Part shown: positions 10,076-19,383 of the stretch, piece by piece
How the letters are laid out: each line of letters starts with the position of its first letter
Numbering within the stretch: the first letter of the stretch is position 1
Virus record (IMG/VR): IMGVR_UViG_3300032073_000002
Length of the DNA stretch: 64,000 nucleotides
Reading direction: 5' to 3' (one strand)
Origin: an uncultured virus (IMG/VR IMGVR_UViG_3300032073_000002)
Taxonomy: Duplodnaviria > Heunggongvirae > Uroviricota > Caudoviricetes
The notes under the pieces: generated by a model
Told to the model about the DNA's origin: nothing
Databases searched by the model: none
Seen by the model: the letters and a program-made list of their open reading frames with translations, nothing else
Position numbers and translations under genes: made by a program

Positions 10076-10447
10076 TTACAATTCTCTCAATCTTTGTGCA
10101 ATCACATCGTCAATTGGTAATTCGGGTTCGAAGTCCTGTGTGATGTAATCTAGGTATAGTAGTAAGGTTTTGATTGAAGACCAATATCTATCTTCTTTTA
10201 TTTTGAATTTCAACATTCTCATACATGGTTCGTATCCAAATACATTGAATAGACATATAAGATGATTGAGTAACAGGCGTTCTCTTAGTTCACCACTCTC
10301 ATGGTATCTGAATAGTAATCTTTTAAGATATCTGAATCTACGTAAATCCTCTTGGAAGTCTTCCATGTCCTCACATTGAGGGTCATCATAGTGCTTCATA
10401 GCATATGCAGAAAAGTTTTTTGCTGTTAGTTTGTCAAAAAGACTCAT
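10076..10447 (-). CDS. conserved T4-like phage hypothetical protein
   Basis: AMKHYDDPQC...EDLRRFRYLKRLL...LLLNHLICLFNVFG pattern typical of T4-like phages. Confidence 0.7.
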   Translation of the reverse strand: MSLFDKLTAKNFSAYAMKHYDDPQCEDMEDFQEDLRRFRYLKRLLFRYHESGELRERLLLNHLICLFNVFGYEPCMRMLKFKIKEDRYWSSIKTLLLYLDYITQDFEPELPIDDVIAQRLREL

Positions 10448-10503
10448 AATATAATTTTAAATAGTGGTCTACCATGGTATTTAGTAGACCTCTAAGGAAG
10501 GTT

Positions 10504-10902
10504 TTAGACCAATGAACCGTATACTTTGTAACTGTTGTTCATTAACCTTTCGTATTTCACATTAAGTGAAACTAGTTTTTCTTCTTTTTCGAACTCATCA
10601 TGTGGTGTATCCACTGATTTTCCAAATGTTTCACCATATCTTGAGAAAGAAAGGTCAAACTCTCCACTTTCGTTGAACTCAACATCATCATGTTTCATCA
10701 TTGCAAGTCCAAGTTGTTCGAGTTTTGCCTTCATTTGTTCGACTGCAGCTTGTGGGTTCATGTATTCTGAACTTGCTGTATGTCCTAAGACAGCATTGAT
10801 TTTAGCCTTAACTTCTGCATCATCAATGTCGTGTGGTATTTCTGTTGAAGAAAGTCCACCAACTTGTTTTGTTTCTGTTATGAATTGACTGAATTTTTTC
10901 AT
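10504..10902 (-). CDS. probable internal head protein
   Basis: N-terminal MKKFSQFITE resembles the T4 capsid-targeting sequence. Confidence 0.6.
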   Translation of the reverse strand: MKKFSQFITETKQVGGLSSTEIPHDIDDAEVKAKINAVLGHTASSEYMNPQAAVEQMKAKLEQLGLAMMKHDDVEFNESGEFDLSFSRYGETFGKSVDTPHDEFEKEEKLVSLNVKYERLMNNSYKVYGSLV

Positions 10903-10912
10903 AATTTTTTTC

Positions 10913-11140
10913 CTATTGTGCGTCGTAGTAATTTTTATTTAGTTCACCACGAACTATTGTTTCACCGACTTTTCTACATTTAATGTAGACTCTTTCTGTA
11001 TTACCACCAATCGATGTAAATGTTCTAATACCGTTTGTTACAGTTCCGTTGGATTCGGAGTATGTTTCTGCATCTGATTTAGTTGCAGCGTTATCATACT
11101 CCCAAATTCCACCCGAACCTGTGACTGCTACGTACGCCAT
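10913..11140 (-). CDS. hypothetical (possibly virion) protein
   Basis: 75 aa ORF within the late cluster. Confidence 0.55.
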   Translation of the reverse strand: MAYVAVTGSGGIWEYDNAATKSDAETYSESNGTVTNGIRTFTSIGGNTERVYIKCRKVGETIVRGELNKNYYDAQ

Positions 11141-11148
11141 TACTTAAC

Positions 11149-11721
11149 TTATGCTACTGCAGTAAGTGTACCAGCTGCAGTTCCAATACCTGCTATTGAG
11201 GTAATTGTTGATACAGTTGAAGTACCTTTGTCTTTAATGGTTCCACTGTTTAGTGATACTGGGTTTGCACCAAAACTTAGTACATCATCAGCTGCAATCG
11301 CTGCATTCGCTGCACCGTATGTAATTGTGAATGTAAGTTCATTAGTACCTGTTCCACTTGCATATGATAATACATGTGGGCCTCTTCCACTTCCACTACC
11401 TTGGTTACCGTTAGTAACTGATAGTTGAGGTGTTCCAGTAACGTCTACTGCTTCGTTAAATATAACTTTTGCAGATAGAGTTCCACCAGCAGAAACGTCC
11501 CATCCAGTTGAAACCCAATCGATATCAGTGATATCAGCTGCTCCAAGAGCAGTTGTAAGTGCAGAACTAGACCATGCGACTAATACTTCAGTCAATGTTC
11601 TTGAACCCACTACTTTTTTTAATTCCCAACCATATGGTTTAGCTTGAGTATTTGTTTTGTCGGCTGCAGATAACCAGTTAGGTTTTGATTCTGAACCACT
11701 TGTATGTCCCCAAAGTGCCAT
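11149..11721 (-). CDS. putative virion structural protein (Ig-like, G/S/T-rich)
   Basis: MALWG start, FNEAVDVTGTPQL and YASGTGTNELTF Ig-like motifs. Confidence 0.6.
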   Translation of the reverse strand: MALWGHTSGSESKPNWLSAADKTNTQAKPYGWELKKVVGSRTLTEVLVAWSSSALTTALGAADITDIDWVSTGWDVSAGGTLSAKVIFNEAVDVTGTPQLSVTNGNQGSGSGRGPHVLSYASGTGTNELTFTITYGAANAAIAADDVLSFGANPVSLNSGTIKDKGTSTVSTITSIAGIGTAAGTLTAVA

Positions 11722-11741
11722 TTTATTTCTCCGTTATAGAT

Positions 11742-12287
11742 TTATTTAGCGACTCTTAATATTGTATCAAAAGTCTTTTTAAAAGATTTTATATCTTTTT
11801 GTAAAAGTCGTGAGTATTTATCTCTTAAGGCGGGCTTAACAGACATTAATGCCTGATAAACTTTGGCTGCATCTTGATGCTTTACCTTCAACTTTTTCAT
11901 ATCATCCGTTCTTACTTCCGTATCTCGTTTAGTATCAATCATTTTTGATAACTGAACAAGAACGTTTGCATCGGGTCTTAATTGCATTCCCTTTGCTTTT
12001 GAGTTAAAAGCATCGATTGCTCTATCGATAACCTCATCCTCTTGTGCTTCTGAATACTTTCCACCAGCCATTGTACTGATTTTCTGTATCATCGCACGCA
12101 ATTCTTTCTCTGATTTTGCCTTTGATACTGCACGTGCAATCTTCTTATTGCCACCGTCACTCATCATTGCAAAATCTGAAGCCTTCTCCATTACGGCATT
12201 GGTCTTCTTTGCAGCGTCTTTTACGTATCCTAACTTCTTAAGTTTCTCCTTAAAAAGTTTGTATCTCGCATCACCTTTGACGCTCAT
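11742..12287 (-). CDS. basic hypothetical protein, probably internal head
   Basis: K-rich ORF coupled to the upstream gene. Confidence 0.55.
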   Translation of the reverse strand: MSVKGDARYKLFKEKLKKLGYVKDAAKKTNAVMEKASDFAMMSDGGNKKIARAVSKAKSEKELRAMIQKISTMAGGKYSEAQEDEVIDRAIDAFNSKAKGMQLRPDANVLVQLSKMIDTKRDTEVRTDDMKKLKVKHQDAAKVYQALMSVKPALRDKYSRLLQKDIKSFKKTFDTILRVAK

Positions 12288-13976
12288 TTACTTCTCGTCA
12301 AAGTGTGTAATTGTTGAAGGGTCACCATATGATGATTTACCTCTTGCAACTGCATCAAAGTCTCTGAGTTTCTTCTTAGTTCCACTCATAACGATTACTG
12401 TATCTTTCTTACCTTTATCCATAGTAATCTTTAAACCCATCATTTTTGCAGAACGAATAAATTTTTGTTCTTCGGGTTTCTGCATTCCTTTAACTCTGTA
12501 AGTAATCATCTCTTCTGAAATAGTATCTCCTTCCATGTTGTCACCCATTTTCTGCATCATTCTTTGTGCAAGGTCGACAAGTGTAGAGATATTTGACTTC
12601 TCCATTTTCTTTTTGTTTTGGTCGTTTACTTTACTGTAGATTTGTGTAATCATTGATGCAGTAAACATATCAATCATTATACCACCAACTTTAGCTGCAC
12701 CTTTAGTGTCAACAATCTTTTGAACATCTGGCATAAGGTTTTTACCTTCTGAGATTGTTTCTTCACCTTTAAGTAATTTACCTGTTTGAAGTGTTCCGAT
12801 AAGTGTAACGACTTTATCTCTTGCATCTAAAATTGATTTATAAGTATCGTTGTGTTTTGTATCTTTGAGTTCTTTATCACCCATTCCAGTGATTTTTTGA
12901 TAACCTTTTAATACGCTTTGCATATCTTTAGAAAGTTTTTGTACTGCTTTAATTTCTTTATCAGTTGTTTCTGATACTTCTTCTTTCTTATTCTTAAGAG
13001 ACTTACCTTCTTTTAATCCTTTTAGATTACCACGGTATTTGATTTTATCTTTACCTTCTTCTACTTCGTCTTCTTTAACTACTGCTTGACTCCAACCACC
13101 ACCGTGGTCTTCTGCAGTCTTTAGTTTACTTAATGCAACATATAGAGGTTGCAAGTCTTTACCATCATCATAATCGGTTGTTTTACTGTAAGATTTGTCA
13201 ATCATAAGACCGACTTTGTATGCACTTGAACCTTCCATTGGTGTTGAGTAAACTGGTTTTTGTTTGATTTTGTTTTTCTTACAGTATGCATCAATCATAT
13301 CTGTTGCTTTAATGAAGTCTTTCTTGTTTTCTTCTGAAGTGATTCTGTCTCCTTTACCACCTCTGAACTGAATGTAGAAATCTACACATCTAGGATACTG
13401 TTTGTCACTGTAAGGTTTGAACTTCTCGGAAATGATGCCTTCATCAAGGATGTCCATTATGAAGTCTTCTACATCGTCTTTATGACCAACTGCTCCAGTT
13501 GATGATGCCCAACCTATTAAATCGTCTTCTACCTTTTTAGGTAAATCTTTGTTGTTCTTTCTGAAATCATCAATTGCTTTTCTGTGTTTTGTGATGAGTT
13601 TCTTCCAGTCTTTATCTCTTGGATACATTTTGATTACTTTTTTGTAATCTTCTTGAAATTGGAATTCTTCGTTTGCATACTTCAATGCATTCTGAACTTC
13701 TTTTGATTTTAGAATCTTATCACCGTAGAACTTTTTAATTTCTTGTCTTGCAATAGTGTCTGCACCACCAAGGTCAAGTGCAACTTCTACAGCTTTCTTA
13801 ACTTCGGGGTCACTGACTTTATTTCTTCTGAAGTATGTAGATACCTCTCTACCTGTAAGTTTTTGTTTCCCATATGGGCCCAAAGGATTGACTTTACCAT
13901 CCTTATCTAAAACTTTCTTTGCTTCATGAAATAAATTCATTCTACTCTCCAAATATTGCGTATGATAGAATCGCAT
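12288..13976 (-). CDS. large modular K/E-rich protein, probable internal head polyprotein (start may be 13940)
   Basis: Modules separated by [LIV]-x-E motifs (FHE, ISE, VEE, LKE). Confidence 0.6.
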   Translation of the reverse strand: MRFYHTQYLESRMNLFHEAKKVLDKDGKVNPLGPYGKQKLTGREVSTYFRRNKVSDPEVKKAVEVALDLGGADTIARQEIKKFYGDKILKSKEVQNALKYANEEFQFQEDYKKVIKMYPRDKDWKKLITKHRKAIDDFRKNNKDLPKKVEDDLIGWASSTGAVGHKDDVEDFIMDILDEGIISEKFKPYSDKQYPRCVDFYIQFRGGKGDRITSEENKKDFIKATDMIDAYCKKNKIKQKPVYSTPMEGSSAYKVGLMIDKSYSKTTDYDDGKDLQPLYVALSKLKTAEDHGGGWSQAVVKEDEVEEGKDKIKYRGNLKGLKEGKSLKNKKEEVSETTDKEIKAVQKLSKDMQSVLKGYQKITGMGDKELKDTKHNDTYKSILDARDKVVTLIGTLQTGKLLKGEETISEGKNLMPDVQKIVDTKGAAKVGGIMIDMFTASMITQIYSKVNDQNKKKMEKSNISTLVDLAQRMMQKMGDNMEGDTISEEMITYRVKGMQKPEEQKFIRSAKMMGLKITMDKGKKDTVIVMSGTKKKLRDFDAVARGKSSYGDPSTITHFDEK

Positions 13977-14823
13977 CTTGCATGATGATTTCTGCCATAT
14001 CTTCTCTAAACATTGTGTCGCCTTGAAAGTCTTTTACAAACTTTTCATGCATTCTATTTGTTAATACGATGTTCTCTTCGTAACCCATAACTTCACACTT
14101 CTTTAAGTGTCCTTGTATCAGTTTACCGTATTTTTGTGAATCAGGAAATTCTTTCTCCTTCTTCATTAATTTTGTAAGGTCACTTAAAATTTTATTTAAC
14201 TTAGGTGCCTTGTAAATGAAAGGTTTTTCATTACCGTGCTTTGCTATAAGAGCATCTACTTGTTTGTAATAATCTCTACTTGCCTCAGTAACAGGGGTTT
14301 TTAGATTTTTTTTTTCATCACCAAGTTTGATAAACTTCTTTGAAGGTTTTGCTTTCTCTTCTATTCCTTCACCGAATGCACCCATAAGAATTTTCTCAAA
14401 TCCTTTGTCTTCTTTAATACCTAGTTTTTTGATTTCAGCTTTGATTTTTTTGTTGATATCACCAACTTCTTTTGTTGCAACTGGGCCTTGTGCAACTAGT
14501 TTTGCTTTTTGCATAAGAAGGTCTGAGTATTTTGCATACTTTCCAGCCTTCTCGTTGAATGTTTCTGTCTCTTCAATTTCAACTGTTTCGGGTAACTTAA
14601 CTTCTATTGCTTCTTTCTTTTCGTCTTTACCTTTCCAGTTCTTATCGATATAGTCATAGAATTCTTTTTCTTTATCACCTTTAAGTTCTGCTGGAGATGT
14701 TACTCCGAACTTCTTAAGTGCGGATTGGAAAAACTTCTTGTAGTCTCCACTCTCTAATACGATTGCATTGGCAGCTGCAAGTAAGTCTGCAGATAGACCA
14801 TGTCCTAATCCTTCAAATTTCAT
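13942..14823 (-). CDS. K/E-rich probable internal head protein
   Basis: YKKFFQSALKKFGVTSPAEL..KEFYDYIDKNW module; VLE/IEE/VTE sites. Confidence 0.6.
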   Translation of the reverse strand: MKFEGLGHGLSADLLAAANAIVLESGDYKKFFQSALKKFGVTSPAELKGDKEKEFYDYIDKNWKGKDEKKEAIEVKLPETVEIEETETFNEKAGKYAKYSDLLMQKAKLVAQGPVATKEVGDINKKIKAEIKKLGIKEDKGFEKILMGAFGEGIEEKAKPSKKFIKLGDEKKNLKTPVTEASRDYYKQVDALIAKHGNEKPFIYKAPKLNKILSDLTKLMKKEKEFPDSQKYGKLIQGHLKKCEVMGYEENIVLTNRMHEKFVKDFQGDTMFREDMAEIIMQDAILSYAIFGE

Positions 14824-15362
14824 TGTTTTAATTCCCCTTTTTCGAAGTAGTCAAACATTTTCTCTTTACCTGCCTCATCGAGACGTAAAGACTTTGCAAG
14901 TCTACCTAACATGTTTTTTTCTGTAAGTTTTTCTACTGTTTTCTCAAAGGATAAATTTTCTTCTATGACTTCTTCTTGAACCTCTTCCATTGCTGGAAGT
15001 TCACCCATCTTTGCAGTCATTCTTTTGAATCCTTTAGGATTTTGTTTCTGCATAGCTTGTAGAACTTTGACATCTGTCATGTTCATAAGATTTGCAATAC
15101 CACTGACTTCTTTTTTGTCCTTAGTTTTGAAAAGTTTAGAGATTTTATCTCCCATTCCCTCTTCAGCAATAAATTCTTCTATATCTTCTACTTCGGGAAG
15201 AGTGTCTTCAACTTTTTCTTCCTCAAGATGAGCTACTAATGCTTCAATTTCATCGGAAATAATATCCTCTGCAGTCTTTTCTATCGTGCCTTCTTTACGT
15301 GGTTCGACATAGTTACGAACTTCGTCTAATTTCTCTTTCCAATTTTCTGATTTATAACTCAT
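14820..15362 (-). CDS. acidic hypothetical protein, probably head-associated
   Basis: Late promoter 5 nt before ATG; contains EEFIAE. Confidence 0.6.
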   Translation of the reverse strand: MSYKSENWKEKLDEVRNYVEPRKEGTIEKTAEDIISDEIEALVAHLEEEKVEDTLPEVEDIEEFIAEEGMGDKISKLFKTKDKKEVSGIANLMNMTDVKVLQAMQKQNPKGFKRMTAKMGELPAMEEVQEEVIEENLSFEKTVEKLTEKNMLGRLAKSLRLDEAGKEKMFDYFEKGELKQ

Positions 15363-15370
15363 AGTCTTAT

Positions 15371-15703
15371 TTATGTAATTCGTATCCTAACAACAAGATT
15401 TCCTTGTCCTTTTATCAACCTGTGGTAGGTCATTTTAGGAATATAATACTCTTCTCCTTGATTTAATAATATAGGTAACTCGTCATCATGTTGTAATGAC
15501 CAGTTAGTACCACTTAATACACTAACCTGTCGAGACTCTCTGTCTCTATGCCAGACCAGTTCTTCTTCCAATACACTGTCTTCGAACTCTCTTATAACGT
15601 AAGGTACACCTGTACCATGTTGTTCCTCTACCTTTTCGGTGTAAGGTTTAGTCGAGCTCTGGATGGTAGTTGTCTGTTTTTCTATTGTATCCATAGTAAC
15701 CAA
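15371..15703 (-). CDS. cupin-like protein
   Basis: ELVWHRD...G..YYIPKMTYHRL cupin motifs; start uncertain. Confidence 0.6.
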   Translation of the reverse strand: MVTMDTIEKQTTTIQSSTKPYTEKVEEQHGTGVPYVIREFEDSVLEEELVWHRDRESRQVSVLSGTNWSLQHDDELPILLNQGEEYYIPKMTYHRLIKGQGNLVVRIRIT

Positions 15704-15907
15704 AATCGTTAGGCTCTAAATCGAACACTTTTTCGACATAATTCTCTGCAACATTCTCTGCATATGTCTCTGAATGGTCATGCACCTTTCTTGTTGCATT
15801 CTCATTCCTTTTACTGTTTGTAAGGTCTACTTCCCAACCTAAGTCTGTTTTAAATACTTCTGCCTTTCTGTTATCCTTAACGTAACTGTGATATAATTCT
15901 CTCATAA
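15648..15907 (-). CDS. hypothetical protein (start probably MRELY at 15907)
   Basis: ORF behind a CTAAATA late promoter. Confidence 0.55.
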
Positions 15908-15930
15908 TGTAACCTACACCTATATTTAGA

Positions 15931-16467
15931 CTACCAAAAAAAATCTCCCCCACCACTCAAACCTAATTGTTTTGCGTAGTACGGTAGTCGACATGCCCAA
16001 TAGCCTGCCGTAGTCTTATCATTCTTTGTGTCACACTGGTGTCTTGCAACAAAAGATGCTCTTGCCTTCTTGTTATTCAGTTTTACTTTCAACCCTGTAG
16101 TATCTCCCCATGAGATTTTCTTAATTTTATCTCCGTCCTTTACATAGACATAGTATTTCTTACTACCACCAACTTTAGGTGAGTTGAGTTTAACGTCTTT
16201 CTTGTCTTCTTCTTCCATAATCATAGGACAATCTAAAGGAACAATGTTCCCTTCGTATACTTCGAATTGACCTAGGTCTGTTTCTATGATTTGTTTGTCG
16301 ACTTCTGTGAGTGTGTACCTGTCTTCAGCAATAAGCTTTCGTGCTTCTTTGATGATTTCAAAGTACATCATTGACCCCAATCGGAATGGGTTATCTGTAA
16401 GGTTGATACCTTCTGACTGCAAAGACTCTAATGTTTCGTCTATTGCGACTTCTCTCAGCGTTTTCAT
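15931..16467 (-). CDS. conserved T4-like phage protein, probably virion-associated
   Basis: MKTLRE start; KKYYVYV...ARHQC..K..AGYWAC. Confidence 0.65.
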   Translation of the reverse strand: MKTLREVAIDETLESLQSEGINLTDNPFRLGSMMYFEIIKEARKLIAEDRYTLTEVDKQIIETDLGQFEVYEGNIVPLDCPMIMEEEDKKDVKLNSPKVGGSKKYYVYVKDGDKIKKISWGDTTGLKVKLNNKKARASFVARHQCDTKNDKTTAGYWACRLPYYAKQLGLSGGGDFFW

Positions 16468-17141
16468 TAATCTTCCAAGTCTACCTCTTCGAACATAGGC
16501 ATAAGTGCTTTAACGACTTGTCCCATGACTGCTGGGTCTATATTTGCAATAAACTCTGATTCTTTTCTTTTAAGATTTTTGATGTTTTTAATTTTGTTGT
16601 GTATATTAGTATACTTTGCTTCTTCAAGGTTTTTACCTTCATCAATCATACTGTAAGAAGACATACCAAATTCTTTATGTATTCTATTGAGTAATTTCTT
16701 TTGGTCTTTTGGTTTAACTCCTAAAATAATGAGTGCGTTTCTACCGTCTTTTTTATATTTGATACCCTCGTCATCAAGCATCTTCATTACTTTTGCTCTA
16801 TATCTAGAGTCTTGTGAAATACCAAATATTTCATTTACTTCTTCAAGTTCTTCACCTATAGGGACACAGTTTGGTACTTGTTTACCATTTTTCATCTTGA
16901 ACCCTTTCTGAACATAACCATCCCAACATGCTTCTTCTAGTTTCTCTTCATTATAAGGAAACCCTTTTAATGGATTAGGATACTTAGAAGAGAAATGTTT
17001 CTTCTGTCTCTGTTCATTGACCACTTTAACTTGTGATAGATACTTCTCTACTTGTTGGCCTGGTGTATCGTCTTGATACGCCTTTAAAGTTTCATCGGTA
17101 CCCACTTCGTGTACTCCGTTGTTTGTTTTATTTCCACTCAT
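16467..17141 (-). CDS. conserved modular T4-like phage protein
   Basis: EACWDGYVQKG.K.KNGKQVPNCVP motif; LEE-separated modules. Confidence 0.65.
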   Translation of the reverse strand: MSGNKTNNGVHEVGTDETLKAYQDDTPGQQVEKYLSQVKVVNEQRQKKHFSSKYPNPLKGFPYNEEKLEEACWDGYVQKGFKMKNGKQVPNCVPIGEELEEVNEIFGISQDSRYRAKVMKMLDDEGIKYKKDGRNALIILGVKPKDQKKLLNRIHKEFGMSSYSMIDEGKNLEEAKYTNIHNKIKNIKNLKRKESEFIANIDPAVMGQVVKALMPMFEEVDLED

Positions 17142-18091
17142 TTGATACCTCTTAGTTTTAAAATAGTATTATAACTTTCTGATTTCGTTTCTGCTTTCTT
17201 TCTGTCTGCATCACGTTTTGCTTGAATTTGTTTGTCTGCTGTCTCTTTCTCTTTCTGACCATCGATTCTTTCTGTTTCTCTCTCGTGTCTTTTAGTTAAA
17301 GCTTCAAGTTCATCCTCTTGTCTTAGTTTAAGTCTTTCAAGTTCACCTGCCTGTTTTGCTTTTAACTCCGCTGCATCTACAGCTGCATCTTCGAATAGTT
17401 CATCACCTTCTAGATTGTCACCGAACTTAAGAAATAGTTTACCTTTCTCTTGTTTCTTATCGGTAACTTTATGTTTAATCATTGCACCGATTGTGTTGAT
17501 GAGACCAATACCTTTTTCGGGATTCTTTTTGAGTTCATCTTCCATTTTTTGACCAACCTTTTTCATGATTAAATCAATAATATCACGAGCACTGGTAACT
17601 AGTTTTCCTTCTTGGACTGACTCAGATGCACCAGCTTTCTTTGCAAGGTCTTTATCTGCACCACCCCATGTTCCTTTACCTTTAGTAATGAAAGAGTTTA
17701 CTCTTGCATGTCCCCATTGCTCTGGAGTAGTGCCTGGCCTATGACCAGTCTTCCATGCAGCCACACCTCTGTTATAAACCTGTTGTAGGATACCTTTGGA
17801 AATACCCGATTTGTCAGCTTTCTTTGCAAGTGATTTACCAGCACCTTCGTACATATCTTTATACTTCTTAGTGTGTTTCGAAGGTTTGGTATCTGCATTA
17901 TGGTCGCCAGGTGCAGGGCCGTCTTTCTTCTGTGCAAAATGAGCTGCACGTTTTTGTTTAGTAGACTTAGACATTTCGTCACCATCAGCATCCTTTGCGT
18001 AATACTTAGATGGTTGAGTACCTTTACGGTCTTCAATATCTTTGTCTTGTTTGACTTTTCTTTCGTTAAGTATAGAGTCTAATATGTCCAT
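17138..18091 (-). CDS. conserved T4-like phage protein, probably internal head
   Basis: SGISKGILQQVYNRGVAAWKTGHRPG..PEQWGHARVNSF domain; late promoter. Confidence 0.7.
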   Translation of the reverse strand: MDILDSILNERKVKQDKDIEDRKGTQPSKYYAKDADGDEMSKSTKQKRAAHFAQKKDGPAPGDHNADTKPSKHTKKYKDMYEGAGKSLAKKADKSGISKGILQQVYNRGVAAWKTGHRPGTTPEQWGHARVNSFITKGKGTWGGADKDLAKKAGASESVQEGKLVTSARDIIDLIMKKVGQKMEDELKKNPEKGIGLINTIGAMIKHKVTDKKQEKGKLFLKFGDNLEGDELFEDAAVDAAELKAKQAGELERLKLRQEDELEALTKRHERETERIDGQKEKETADKQIQAKRDADRKKAETKSESYNTILKLRGIK

Positions 18092-18099
18092 AGTACTAT

Positions 18100-19383
18100 T
18101 TATCGTTTTTTAGCATCTAATTCTGCTTGTTTCCAGTTGAGGGCTTGTTTGTTACTAGGGAATGAACCACTCCAACCTAGAAGTTTTGTGTATAGTTTGA
18201 GAGATTTCTTTTCTAAAGATTTAAGGTCTTCATCATTTGTAATCTCTACATAATCTCTACCAAATATCTTTTTCAATGCATCTGCATTTTTTCTAGATTT
18301 ATCCCAGTCTTGTTTAACTATTTCTTTGGGTAATTTTCTAGGTCTCATTTCGTTTCTTTTTTGTGCGTTGTCTAATGATGCACTGACAAATAACATCTTA
18401 GACTCATATCCTAGTGCATCTAATGATTTCTTATATTTTTGTATTTTAGATATGTTTGCACTAGTAGTATCAAATATCATTCCAAGTCTACCACCAATAT
18501 AGTTGTTCATATTCTTTGTAGTGATATTCTTTGCTTTTGCACGGATAGGGTCAACTTTATCAAAGTCTGCACCACGTAAATCAAGTGACATTCCTGCCTT
18601 CTTTAATCCATTTTCAAAAGCTGCATCTGTATTAACTAACTTTAAACCAAGTGCTTTTAGTGATAACTTTTGTACCACTGTTGACTTACCACTTCCAGGC
18701 CCACCACTAAAGAACACTGCTTTGAATGTACCTTGGTCATAGACTCCTTCATTGATTAAATCTTCAATCATATAATCGGGTAGTGTGGATTCTACGATAC
18801 CCATTCCTTTACGGATATCTTTGTATAGTTGTTCTACATCTTTTTTATTTCTAGATGGAACACCTTGTGCAAATGCTTTAAAGTCACCAACTTCTGCAAG
18901 AGCTCTTAACTTAGATGCACTCATTCCACTTAGGTCATCTGCATCGGGGTCTCTCTCTCCTGCTGATACAATTTGTATATCATCAAATTTGTAGTAGCCG
19001 TGTCTTGCTTTTACTCCGTTGTATTTCTTGAGTAACATTTCGAACTCTTTGATTCTATCTGAACCAACTACCATCTTTACACGTTTAAAATTTTGTCTAT
19101 GTAATTCATTTGCAATCTCGAATACAGTACGTGCTTGTACGTCTGCAACTATCTTACCAAAGAACTTCTTAAGATATCTTACTTTGAGTTTATGGTCTAA
19201 TGGATTTTTCTTTTTGTCGTTTGAATGAGATGAGAAAAGCATTGGTTGATAACCACCGCTGGTTTCTTTTTTAAGCTTGTCTACTAATTTTGCATGACCT
19301 GTTGTGGGTGGATTGAATCTACCGAATGTAAATACAACACCCTTGTCTTTTGCTTCTGTTAAAAATTTACCGAATTGTTTCAT
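18100..19383 (-). CDS. HIGH-superfamily nucleotidyltransferase fused to a P-loop kinase
   Basis: FGRFNPPTTGH (HIGH-like), VVGSDR, MSASKLR; C-terminal GGPGSGKS, IFDTT, RNEMRPR; N-terminal MKQFGKFLTE. Confidence 0.85.
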   Translation of the reverse strand: MKQFGKFLTEAKDKGVVFTFGRFNPPTTGHAKLVDKLKKETSGGYQPMLFSSHSNDKKKNPLDHKLKVRYLKKFFGKIVADVQARTVFEIANELHRQNFKRVKMVVGSDRIKEFEMLLKKYNGVKARHGYYKFDDIQIVSAGERDPDADDLSGMSASKLRALAEVGDFKAFAQGVPSRNKKDVEQLYKDIRKGMGIVESTLPDYMIEDLINEGVYDQGTFKAVFFSGGPGSGKSTVVQKLSLKALGLKLVNTDAAFENGLKKAGMSLDLRGADFDKVDPIRAKAKNITTKNMNNYIGGRLGMIFDTTSANISKIQKYKKSLDALGYESKMLFVSASLDNAQKRNEMRPRKLPKEIVKQDWDKSRKNADALKKIFGRDYVEITNDEDLKSLEKKSLKLYTKLLGWSGSFPSNKQALNWKQAELDAKKR

